Source: a virus (lineage: Duplodnaviria > Caudoviricetes). Taken from it: 34,979 nucleotides of DNA. The notes below the pieces were generated by a model that searched no databases, was not told the origin of the DNA, and saw only the letters and a list, made by a program, of their open reading frames with translations. The position numbers and the translations under genes were made by a program. Numbering within the stretch: position 1 is the first letter of the stretch; each line of letters begins with the position of its first letter. Positions 8,341 to 15,964 of this stretch are shown here, in pieces. The stretch lies in IMG/VR virus record IMGVR_UViG_3300034107_000557, positions 1-34,979 of that record; one strand, given 5' to 3'.

Positions 8341-8539
8341 GCCAGCCCTGGCCCCGCCTTTCACGGTGGCGGAATGGGCCCGTGAGCCGGACGAGCGGCG
8401 GGAGTAACGACCCGAATCACCGGCAGCCTCGGTCGTGATCCTGACGAGCCGAGGCAACCACCCCCGTGACATGGCACGGCGGCCGATCGACGCGGCCGGG
8501 GTGGGATGGGTTGATCGACACCACAGGGAGGGGGAGACG

Positions 8540-8821
8540 ATGAGCGAATGCACGGAGAGCGGTTGCGCTGAGGCAGGGCGGTGGCTGGTCGGGGAGCGTC
8601 GATATTGCTCGACGCATGGCATTCAGGCTTCGATCCGGGGATCGGCCGCGATGCGGCTGGTCTGCCCGGTGGTGGATCCCGAGCCCGCCGCGGCCGGCAG
8701 CGTGTGGGACGAGCTCCAGCAGGAGCTCGAGGCGGTGGAGTTCGACCAGCCCACCGACCGGGAGCAGCTGCTCCGGGAGATCGCATGGGCGGCAATCGAG
8801 AACGGGAGGGGATGCCGATGA
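8540..8821 (+). CDS. Hypothetical protein, possible Zn finger (C..GC...YC..H)
   Basis: Strong SD; Cys/His pattern. Confidence 0.6.
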   Translation: MSECTESGCAEAGRWLVGERRYCSTHGIQASIRGSAAMRLVCPVVDPEPAAAGSVWDELQQELEAVEFDQPTDREQLLREIAWAAIENGRGCR

Positions 8822-9147
8822 GGACGACGATCGACGACTACCGACCGGCCCCGGACGACAGCGGGCTCCCGCTGTTCGCCTCGGCCAGGCGGAGCGATCC
8901 GCCGACGAGCGTGGCGGCGGCGCGGGCCGTCACCCCCAGGATGAAGACGGAACACGAGGGGCTGATCCTGGTGGCCTTGGAGTGTGGCCCGGCCGGGAAG
9001 ACCCGGATTGCCCACCTGTGTGGGCTCACCGATCAACAGGTGATCCGGCGGATGAGGAATCTGGTCCGCGATGGCCTGGTCGTCCCCACGGGGCGAGAGG
9101 TTCCGTCGGCGGCAGGCCGGGCGGAGATGGAATGGCGGCTGGTCTGA
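8818..9147 (+). CDS. Winged-helix DNA-binding protein
   Basis: ARRSDPPTS..AA motif followed by wHTH-like RRMRNLVRDGLV...W. Confidence 0.7.
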   Translation: MRTTIDDYRPAPDDSGLPLFASARRSDPPTSVAAARAVTPRMKTEHEGLILVALECGPAGKTRIAHLCGLTDQQVIRRMRNLVRDGLVVPTGREVPSAAGRAEMEWRLV

Positions 9148-9417
9148 ATGGACATCCGCCACGGCAAGCCGGTCGACCCTGATGTGGAGGCGGCCCTCCT
9201 TCGGGACTTCTCGGCCCTGATCCAGACATCGGCCAACGAGGCCCTGCCGGACATCAAGGCCCTGATCCTCGAGAAGATGGACGACTGGAAGCTTGGGGCC
9301 CTGCCGGCCCACAAGCTCCTGTGTGAGATCGAGCAACGGCTCCGACCCGGGCCGCGGATCAGCCGGGTGATGGCAGATGGCAGCGTTGTTCCTTTGAACC
9401 TGATCGGGGGGAAGTGA
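9148..9417 (+). CDS. Hypothetical protein
   Basis: Abuts both flanking genes. Confidence 0.6.
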   Translation: MDIRHGKPVDPDVEAALLRDFSALIQTSANEALPDIKALILEKMDDWKLGALPAHKLLCEIEQRLRPGPRISRVMADGSVVPLNLIGGK

Positions 9418-10274
9418 TGGCAAGGACGAGAAGCATCAAGCCTGGGTTCTTCACCAATGACCTCCTCGGGGAGGTCCACCCGCTGGGGCGGATCCTGTTC
9501 GCTGGTCTCTGGTGCCAGGCCGACCGCCACGGGATCGTCGAGTACCGGCCCCGCCGGCTGAAGGCGGAGATCCTCCCGTTCGACGACGCCGACGTCGCCG
9601 CCCTGGTCGGTGACCTCGAGGCCCGGGGCTTCCTCCAGCGGTTCGAGGCCGAGGGCGCGGAGTGGCTTTTGATCACCAAGTTCACCGCCCACCAGTCCCC
9701 CCACCCGAGGGAACCTTCCCTGAACCTTACGATCCCGTTAGCGAAGCCGGGAAATTACACGGCCGGCCCAACATGCGGTGAGGTTCATGAATTGCAAGCC
9801 CTGGCGAGCGCCAAGACAAGCCCTGGCGAGCACGACGGCGCGCCCGGGCGAGCGCCAAGACAGGCCCAACTTCCTACTACTTCCCTTCTCCACTTCCCTT
9901 CTCCACTTCCACTTCCCTCTTCTGTGGCCAGACCGGCTGACGCCGGCTTGCCACAGCAGGTTCGATGGGCTGCGCAAGCGGGATGGCAGGGGATCACCCC
10001 CGAGGACCGCTCGGAGTGGCGATCGGCTTTCCCGGCTGTCGACCTCGACGCGGAGTTCGCGGCGGCTGGGGTGTGGCTGAAGGCCCACCCGGATCGGGCG
10101 AAGCGGACCAACTGGCGGAAGTTCCTGTCGTCCTGGTTCCGGAACGCCCAGGACCGCGGAGGGACTCGCAAGGGGGCCGCTCCAGCCGCGGCACCTCTCC
10201 AGACCTGGAGCGACGAGGACTTGGCCCGGCTGGCCGCCACGCGGCAGCGAGAGGCCGCCCGCGCTGGCCCCTGA
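9417..10274 (+). CDS. Phage replication initiator protein
   Basis: MARTRSIKPGFF..LF.GLW..AD..G N-terminus; low-complexity linker; C-terminal helical domain (W...FP.VD...NW.KFL..W). Confidence 0.75.
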   Translation: MARTRSIKPGFFTNDLLGEVHPLGRILFAGLWCQADRHGIVEYRPRRLKAEILPFDDADVAALVGDLEARGFLQRFEAEGAEWLLITKFTAHQSPHPREPSLNLTIPLAKPGNYTAGPTCGEVHELQALASAKTSPGEHDGAPGRAPRQAQLPTTSLLHFPSPLPLPSSVARPADAGLPQQVRWAAQAGWQGITPEDRSEWRSAFPAVDLDAEFAAAGVWLKAHPDRAKRTNWRKFLSSWFRNAQDRGGTRKGAAPAAAPLQTWSDEDLARLAATRQREAARAGP

Positions 10275-10279
10275 CCGAG

Positions 10280-10307
10280 TTGCCCACCGCCCCCCCTCGG
10301 CTACGTT
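10280..10307 (+). promoter_or_regulatory. Putative promoter
   Basis: TTGCCC-N16-TACGTT, same layout as 12009-12036. Confidence 0.45.
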
Positions 10308-10341
10308 CGACCCAGTTCCCTTTCCCCACGGAGGATTTCCC

Positions 10342-10701
10342 ATGCGACGGATCGTAATCGCGGTAGCCCTGTCCCTGATCGCCACCTCGGCCCACGCCGG
10401 CCCCTGGAAGCGCTCGGTGACGACGACCAGGGCGTCGACCTGCACGGGCGGGAGCTGCTCGACGGCGAGCACCCGGACGGTGACCCGCGGGGCTCAGTCC
10501 CACGCCGAGGCGATGGCCGCTTCGGGCTCGATGGTCCACGCCGCCAGCCACGGCAGCACCTACGAGGGTGTTGGCGTCGGTGGCAGTCCGGCCGCGGCTC
10601 TCGGGGCGTGTTGCAACAACGGCGGGGCGGTGCTCGAGGAGGGAACGGCACAGGGGCGGGACGGCCGCTGGTATGCCTGCCGGCGGTACAGCCTGCGGTG
10701 A
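10342..10701 (+). CDS. Secreted protein with minimal CAP/SCP-like domain
   Basis: Signal peptide ending AHA; AQSHAEAMA..G.M.H, EGVG and G.WY motifs. Confidence 0.6.
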   Translation: MRRIVIAVALSLIATSAHAGPWKRSVTTTRASTCTGGSCSTASTRTVTRGAQSHAEAMAASGSMVHAASHGSTYEGVGVGGSPAAALGACCNNGGAVLEEGTAQGRDGRWYACRRYSLR

Positions 10702-10741
10702 TTAATGCCGGCGCGCCGCCTTGAGAGGCGGACGACGGTGA

Positions 10742-10807
10742 ACGCGATTCATCTAGTGGCAGGATCCCGCCTTGCGGGAAACGAGGGTTCGATTCCCTCA
10801 TCGCGTC
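10742..10807 (+). ncRNA. tRNA-like RNA lacking a normal anticodon loop
   Basis: Acceptor stem ACGCGAT/ATCGCGT, D-arm with AGTGG, T-arm GAGGG-TTCGATT-CCCTC; anticodon arm CCCGC-CTT-GCGGG with a 3-nt loop. Confidence 0.7.
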
Positions 10808-10867
10808 TTGATTCGGGTGGTGCGTCACGACGGCGGCCACGACTTTCCTCGAAGGGATTCTTCTCTG

Positions 10868-11230
10868 ATGCGTTTTTTCTCCACGGTCTTGGCGGTGGCG
10901 GCTCTGGCTCTCGTCGGTGCGTCCAGCCAGGGCGCGATGGCTCCGAAAAAGTCCCCGGTTCCGGCGGTGATCCCGAAGACCAGCCTCTTCCGCGGCTGGG
11001 TGACGGTCACGATCAACGGGCAGACTTATCCCGGCTACGCCGACTGGCGGGGCTTTCCCGACTCGGTGCCGACCGGCGACCCGACCACATGGGTGTTCGT
11101 GGGATCGGGATCGTCCTGGCGACTGCTGTCGCAAGCGGAGTTGCGGGGCGCGACCGTCAGGCTGGTTCAGCTTGACCTTGGTTATTCAAACGGGCCGTAC
11201 AAGCCGGGCACGACGGCGACGGGGCTGTGA
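10868..11230 (+). CDS. Secreted hypothetical protein
   Basis: Signal peptide MRFFSTVLAVAALALVGASSQGA. Confidence 0.65.
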   Translation: MRFFSTVLAVAALALVGASSQGAMAPKKSPVPAVIPKTSLFRGWVTVTINGQTYPGYADWRGFPDSVPTGDPTTWVFVGSGSSWRLLSQAELRGATVRLVQLDLGYSNGPYKPGTTATGL

Positions 11231-11295
11231 GGCATCGGGCCGAAGGTTGAATAGTGTCGAGCGTTATTCAAGCGGCGAGGCCGCGGGAGGGGTGA

Positions 11296-11571
11296 GTGAG
11301 TGAAAGACTGGCAGCGACCTACGTCACGCACGAAGGCCGCGAATATTTGGTGTCTACGATCAATCGGCCAAGCTCCGCCGTGGGCGACTCGTCGTCATAC
11401 GCAGAGACGATGGTGTGGCCCGTGGACGACAAGCGAGATCGCACGCAGCAGGAGTCGCTCTACCAGTGCGACGACTGCTGTGGATCACTCCGCGCTCACT
11501 GTCAGGTGGTGCTGAAGATCGCTTCCGGGCAGCTTGGATTTCAGGTCGAGGCGAAGGAGGCCGCCCGATGA
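11296..11571 (+). CDS. Hypothetical protein
   Basis: GGAGG SD; YLVST...ETMVW motif. Confidence 0.6.
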   Translation: MSERLAATYVTHEGREYLVSTINRPSSAVGDSSSYAETMVWPVDDKRDRTQQESLYQCDDCCGSLRAHCQVVLKIASGQLGFQVEAKEAAR

Positions 11572-12023
11572 CCCACGCATGGTGCCACGACATCGAAAGG
11601 GACGCCGCCGTGCGAGCGGCCGAGGACAACCGGACGGAGCCGCTGCCGACGCTGGGCAAGGCGATTGCGGCACCGTTCGCCTGCACGGCTTGCGGCGGCT
11701 TTGGCATGGATCACCGCTGCAAGGAGTCTTGCGATGAGTGTGAATGGACGCCTCAGACTTCTGACGGCATGCGCACCGAGCGGATCACGCTTGAGGTGAC
11801 GCACGACCTCGACGCGCGGCTCTCTGACTGGATCGTCGAGGTGGTCGATGAATCGCTCGGGCTGATGGAGTCCGTGCGGGTCGTCGAGGAAGAGGAGCGA
11901 TATGCACGAACATCAACCCCCGGTGAAGGTTCGCGCGCCGCACCGGCCGCGAGCGGCGGCAACCCACCGGAAACTCCGGAGGGTTCGACGCAGGCCGCAA
12001 AACCCGAGTTGCCCACCGGGTGA
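11568..12023 (+). CDS. Hypothetical protein with CxxC motifs
   Basis: AAGGAGG SD; ATGA overlap. Confidence 0.55.
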   Translation: MTHAWCHDIERDAAVRAAEDNRTEPLPTLGKAIAAPFACTACGGFGMDHRCKESCDECEWTPQTSDGMRTERITLEVTHDLDARLSDWIVEVVDESLGLMESVRVVEEEERYARTSTPGEGSRAAPAASGGNPPETPEGSTQAAKPELPTG

Positions 12024-12036
12024 TCACCCGTAGCGT
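12009..12036 (+). promoter_or_regulatory. Putative leaderless promoter of rusA with palindromic spacer
   Basis: TTGCCC-N16-TAGCGT, ATG 6 nt downstream; spacer contains CGGGTGATCACCCG. Confidence 0.5.
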
Positions 12037-12042
12037 GGGCGA

Positions 12043-12486
12043 ATGCCCACGACGTCCATCCACCTCAAGATCCCCGGCAGGCCGGTCCCGCAACCGCGAC
12101 ACCGGGCCACGCGCGGCGGCAGGATGTACCTCCCGAGCTCGGCCCCTGTCCGGGCCTTCAAGGCCGCGATCGTCGCTGTGGCCCGTGAGCGAGTCAGGAA
12201 TCCGTTCCCGGGTGGCGTGGTGGTTGGCATCACCGCCGTGTTCTGCCGCCCACCGTCACACCTGACGGCCCGCGGTGAGCTCAGGAAGGGCGTGGCGGAT
12301 CATCCCGGAAAGAACCTGGGCGACGTCGACAACCTCGCCAAAGGGGTCATGGATGCTCTGACCGACGCCGGGGTCGTGTGGGCCGACGACAGCCAGGTCG
12401 TCGAGCTCCGCGTCTCCAAGGCTTGGGGCGATGCCGATCTGACCGAGGTCACGATCGAGGAGGTTCCTCATGGCCGCTCGAGGTGA
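12043..12486 (+). CDS. rusA: RusA-family Holliday junction resolvase
   Basis: PVPQPR, DVDNLAKGVMDAL and DDSQVV motifs. Confidence 0.9.
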   Translation: MPTTSIHLKIPGRPVPQPRHRATRGGRMYLPSSAPVRAFKAAIVAVARERVRNPFPGGVVVGITAVFCRPPSHLTARGELRKGVADHPGKNLGDVDNLAKGVMDALTDAGVVWADDSQVVELRVSKAWGDADLTEVTIEEVPHGRSR

Positions 12487-12766
12487 CCGCGTTCGCCTGA
12501 GTCCCGACCAAGAGCGGATCATCCGGGACGCCCACGCGCGCGGCCTGACCCAGGACGACGCCGCCTGGCTGGCTGGCGTCTCGAGACGGCTCCTGGTCAC
12601 CCGCCTGGCCGACCAGCTGGCCGACGTTCACTGGGGGCAGGGGCGCGGCCGCAAGGCCCGAGCCGATCCAACCGAGGAGGAGATCGAGCGGCTGAAGGCG
12701 GAGATCAGGAACCGCAACGGCCACACGCCGCCGCCGTCGGACTTCACCGATACGCTCGGCTGGTGA
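12470..12766 (+). CDS. HTH DNA-binding protein with DPT..EI..AEIR motif
   Basis: GLTQDDAAWLAGVSRR HTH-like segment; GAGGAGG SD. Confidence 0.65.
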   Translation: MAARGDRVRLSPDQERIIRDAHARGLTQDDAAWLAGVSRRLLVTRLADQLADVHWGQGRGRKARADPTEEEIERLKAEIRNRNGHTPPPSDFTDTLGW

Positions 12767-12780
12767 ATCCTGGGATCACC

Positions 12781-13098
12781 ATGGCAGACGCTTCACAGAC
12801 TCCCGGCGCGGTCGACCTCGGCTTCCGCCGTGGCGACGAGTTCCGCCGCGTCCTGACGGTCAACCTCAACCTGACCGGCTACACGCTCACCTGGGAGATC
12901 TACGGTCTCCGGGATGACGGCGTGAAGCTCTCGGGCTCCCTGTCGTTCTCGACACCTCCCCACGCTGTCGCCCTGATCATCACCGAGGCCCAGACCGGGA
13001 CGCTGGCCGTCGGCACCTACGGCTGGCGGGCCATCTGGATCGCCACGGGGTCGATCCAGCGGACCTTCCTTGAGGGCATCTGTGAGGTGACCCGGTGA
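12781..13098 (+). CDS. Putative fibre-attachment (Ig-like beta) virion protein
   Basis: RGD.F...NLTGYT...L..G.Y.W pattern common at the N-termini of phage fibre/baseplate proteins. Confidence 0.55.
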   Translation: MADASQTPGAVDLGFRRGDEFRRVLTVNLNLTGYTLTWEIYGLRDDGVKLSGSLSFSTPPHAVALIITEAQTGTLAVGTYGWRAIWIATGSIQRTFLEGICEVTR

Positions 13099-13832
13099 CC
13101 GACATCAGCGTCTCCATCGTCGACGACCCGGTCTCCGTCTCCGTGAGCAACGCCCCCGGCCCCTCGGGGGCTTCGTCGTTCTTCAAGGGCATGGCCGCCG
13201 CCTGGCCCCCGACGGCAACGCCGACCGCCGGGTGGATCTACACGCTCCCTGATCCTGTCCCCGCCGGCACACCGGCCGGATTCCTGGCCGGTTACGGGGC
13301 ACAGTGGGACGGGCTGGCATGGGTAAACATTGGCCCTGTGCGGGGCCCTGCGGGGCCCGCCGGCCCCCAGGGTGTAGCCGGCCCCGCCGGCTCCCCTGGT
13401 GTGGCAGGATCGCAAGGACCGGCTGGCAACACCGGCCCAGCTGGCCCAGCCGGGGCGGCCGGTGTTGCCGGCCCGGCCGGCGCTCAAGGCCCCCAAGGAA
13501 TCCAGGGGCCCGCCGGCGCGGCTGGAGCGATTGGCCCGGCCGGTGTGGCTGGAGCCACCGGAAGCACCGGCGCGGCTGGCGCGCAAGGCCCTGCGGGTGT
13601 GGCCGGGGCCGCTGGCGCGACGGGCCCGGCGGGATCGTCTGGCGTGGTCTCCGTCACTGCCCCTTTGACCAACAGCGGGACAGCATCGGCCGCAGTCCTC
13701 GGGGTCGACGTCGGCACCACAGCCGGGACCGTTGCGGCCGGGAACGATTCGCGATTCAAGACGATCACCGTTTCATCGTCTGCCCCCACGGGCGGAGTTT
13801 CGGGCGACATCCACTTGAGGTACTCCCCATGA
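13095..13832 (+). CDS. Collagen-like fibre protein
   Basis: 33 uninterrupted Gly-X-Y triplets (13344-13640); C-terminal [13 protein letters not shown] motif. Confidence 0.85.
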   Translation: MTDISVSIVDDPVSVSVSNAPGPSGASSFFKGMAAAWPPTATPTAGWIYTLPDPVPAGTPAGFLAGYGAQWDGLAWVNIGPVRGPAGPAGPQGVAGPAGSPGVAGSQGPAGNTGPAGPAGAAGVAGPAGAQGPQGIQGPAGAAGAIGPAGVAGATGSTGAAGAQGPAGVAGAAGATGPAGSSGVVSVTAPLTNSGTASAAVLGVDVGTTAGTVAAGNDSRFKTITVSSSAPTGGVSGDIHLRYSP

Positions 13833-14278
13833 GCCTTCAAGCTCTCGCCGCAAAAATCGCAGAACCGCAGTACCGCGGAATGAGCGACCAACTCCTGGCC
13901 GACGCCGTCAACGGGCTCCGTGTGTCCGTCCGTCGCCCTGTTCCGACATGGCAAGTCCGGCAGACGGCAATCGAGGGCGGCTACTGGCCCGCTCTGATCG
14001 AGGCTCGGGAATCGACCACGCCCGCCGTCAGGGCTCTGGCGATCACCGTGTTGGCGTGGATCGATGACCAGTCAGGCACGATCCAGAGCGTCGATATGGA
14101 CCGGCCCGCCGTCGTCAACATGCGGGGCGCGCTCGTCCAGGCTGGCATCTGCTCGCAGGCCCAGGCCGACGCGCTGTCGGCTCTGGCCGATGCGTCGATC
14201 CCGTGGACCGAATCGGTGGGGCTGCCGGAAGTGGGTGTCGGCTTGGTAATCAACGCTCGGAGAATTGCGAATGGCTGA
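13829..14278 (+). CDS. Hypothetical virion-associated protein
   Basis: ATGA overlap with the collagen gene. Confidence 0.65.
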   Translation: MSLQALAAKIAEPQYRGMSDQLLADAVNGLRVSVRRPVPTWQVRQTAIEGGYWPALIEARESTTPAVRALAITVLAWIDDQSGTIQSVDMDRPAVVNMRGALVQAGICSQAQADALSALADASIPWTESVGLPEVGVGLVINARRIANG

Positions 14279-14771
14279 TCTCAAATTGGCATACGGCACC
14301 GCGAGCGATGTGACGATTACGCTGGCGTCGATGGCCACCGACACCAACCTCCTCACGGGGCGCGAGTCAGCAACCATCGACAACTCCGCCAACCTGTTCC
14401 TCGACTACCTCGTCAGCGGCAAGATTACCGCCGGCACCTCGCCAACGGCGGCAAGGTCAATCGAGGTGTGGGCTGTCGGGTCGTGGGACGGAACCAACTG
14501 GCCGGATGTGTTCGACGGCACCGAGTCCGCTGAGACGATCACTTCTGCCGACATCAAGGCCAGCGTCTGCCGATTTGTCGCCGCGATGGCAACGGCAAAC
14601 ACTAGCGACCGTGTGTACCACTTCGGGCCGGTGTCGCTTGCGGCTGCGTTTGGGGGCGTGTTGCCTCCAAAGGTCGTGTTGTTCATCACGCACTCAACCG
14701 GCGTGAACCTCAACAGTACCGCCGGGAATCACCAGATCCGGCTCCAGCCTGTCTATCAAACCATCAACTGA
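14271..14771 (+). CDS. Hypothetical beta-rich virion protein
   Basis: Thr/Ala-rich; GGAG SD; lies in the fibre cluster. Confidence 0.65.
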   Translation: MADLKLAYGTASDVTITLASMATDTNLLTGRESATIDNSANLFLDYLVSGKITAGTSPTAARSIEVWAVGSWDGTNWPDVFDGTESAETITSADIKASVCRFVAAMATANTSDRVYHFGPVSLAAAFGGVLPPKVVLFITHSTGVNLNSTAGNHQIRLQPVYQTIN

Positions 14772-15601
14772 TGCCACGCTACGAATACCCATCGCTCCGC
14801 CAGGGCCTCGTCGGCTGTTGGGTGCCGTCGCTCGGGGCCAGCGGTCTGACGCTGATCGACCGCAGCGGGCGGAACGCGCACGGAACGCTCACGAACATGG
14901 GCGGGCAGGACAACTGGCGGGCGAGCGGCAGCGGTGTAGCGATCAATTTCGACGGTACAAACGATTACGGTGTCGTGCCATCCGACTCGGCGTACCGATT
15001 TGCAACCGGACAGTCGTTTACTGTGTCTGCGTGGATTTATCCGGCGGTGAGCAAAAATCAGTCAATACTAAGTTTTCCATTAAATGGCTGGGACATTTAC
15101 GTTTCTTCTGCGAATTATCTGGAGTGGGCAAAAGCCGGGGTTGCCAATGCAGGATCGAGCGCAGCCACAAACGCCGTGACACTCAACAGATGGAGTCACA
15201 TCGCGGCCAAAAATATTGTCGGGTCAACAGTTGAGTTTTTCATAAACGGAGCGAGCGTGCGGACCGCCAGCTTTACGTCCACGTACAGCTACAGCCAGGA
15301 GCTGCGGATAGGGGCAACGCAGGGCGTATCTGTTGCTGGCTCTCCAGACCTGTTGGCGTGGAATGGCGCTCTCGACGACATCCGCATCTACAACCGCGAT
15401 CTCACCCTCGCCGAAATCCGCCTCCTCGCAAGCCGTCGCGGGATCGGGCTGTCGCCGCTGCCGGATCGGGCGGCTGGGTTGCCGCGGAAACTGAGCGTCA
15501 ACGTGGGAGGAACGTGGCGGGCGGCGGATGCATACGTCAACGTCGGCGGGGCGTGGAAGCTCGCCCAGGCCTCGACCAACGTGGCTGGAACGTGGCGGTG
15601 A
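14771..15601 (+). CDS. LamG / concanavalin-A-like domain receptor-binding protein
   Basis: FDGTNDY, FTVSAWI, W.HIA, ING, G.LDDIRIYNR.L..EI motifs; three C-terminal VNVGG.W repeats. Confidence 0.85.
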   Translation: MPRYEYPSLRQGLVGCWVPSLGASGLTLIDRSGRNAHGTLTNMGGQDNWRASGSGVAINFDGTNDYGVVPSDSAYRFATGQSFTVSAWIYPAVSKNQSILSFPLNGWDIYVSSANYLEWAKAGVANAGSSAATNAVTLNRWSHIAAKNIVGSTVEFFINGASVRTASFTSTYSYSQELRIGATQGVSVAGSPDLLAWNGALDDIRIYNRDLTLAEIRLLASRRGIGLSPLPDRAAGLPRKLSVNVGGTWRAADAYVNVGGAWKLAQASTNVAGTWR

Positions 15602-15604
15602 TCC

Positions 15605-15904
15605 ATGCCATCGAAGATTCCCTCCTGGCGACCCAAGCGGATGACGGTCACGACCAGGCCGACGAAGGAAGTTGCCCACTACCAGACCTCGGACTGGCGA
15701 GCACGACGGACGCGGATCCTCCTGCGGGACGCGATGCGGTGCTGCGAGTGCCGCCGAGCCGTGAGCGGACGCCAGGCCCATGTCGACCACCTGATCCCGC
15801 TCGAGGAGGGCGGGACGGACGACGACGCCAACCTCCGGACGATGTGTGAGCGGTGCCACGGGCGGAAGACCCGGGCGGAGCAGAGGCGGCGCGGAGTGAA
15901 CTGA
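15605..15904 (+). CDS. Terminase-associated HNH endonuclease (HK97 gp74-like)
   Basis: C..C, HVDH.IP...GG, NL..MC..CH..KT. Confidence 0.88.
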   Translation: MPSKIPSWRPKRMTVTTRPTKEVAHYQTSDWRARRTRILLRDAMRCCECRRAVSGRQAHVDHLIPLEEGGTDDDANLRTMCERCHGRKTRAEQRRRGVN

Positions 15905-15964
15905 AAAAAGCGAGTTGCCCACGGAGAAAAAGAAGGGACAACGGCCACCCACAAGGAGGTGGCC

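Noticed and set aside
8441-8460. CTGACGAG resembling a hammerhead ribozyme core
   Set aside because: No downstream GAAA; the sequence is explained by a simple hairpin
11963-11995. GGGTTCGA T-loop-like motif
   Set aside because: No acceptor or D stems; lies within a coding frame
13344-13640. Short-period DNA repeats that might suggest a CRISPR array or VNTR
   Set aside because: They are Gly-X-Y collagen codons; no repeat-spacer structure and no cas genes
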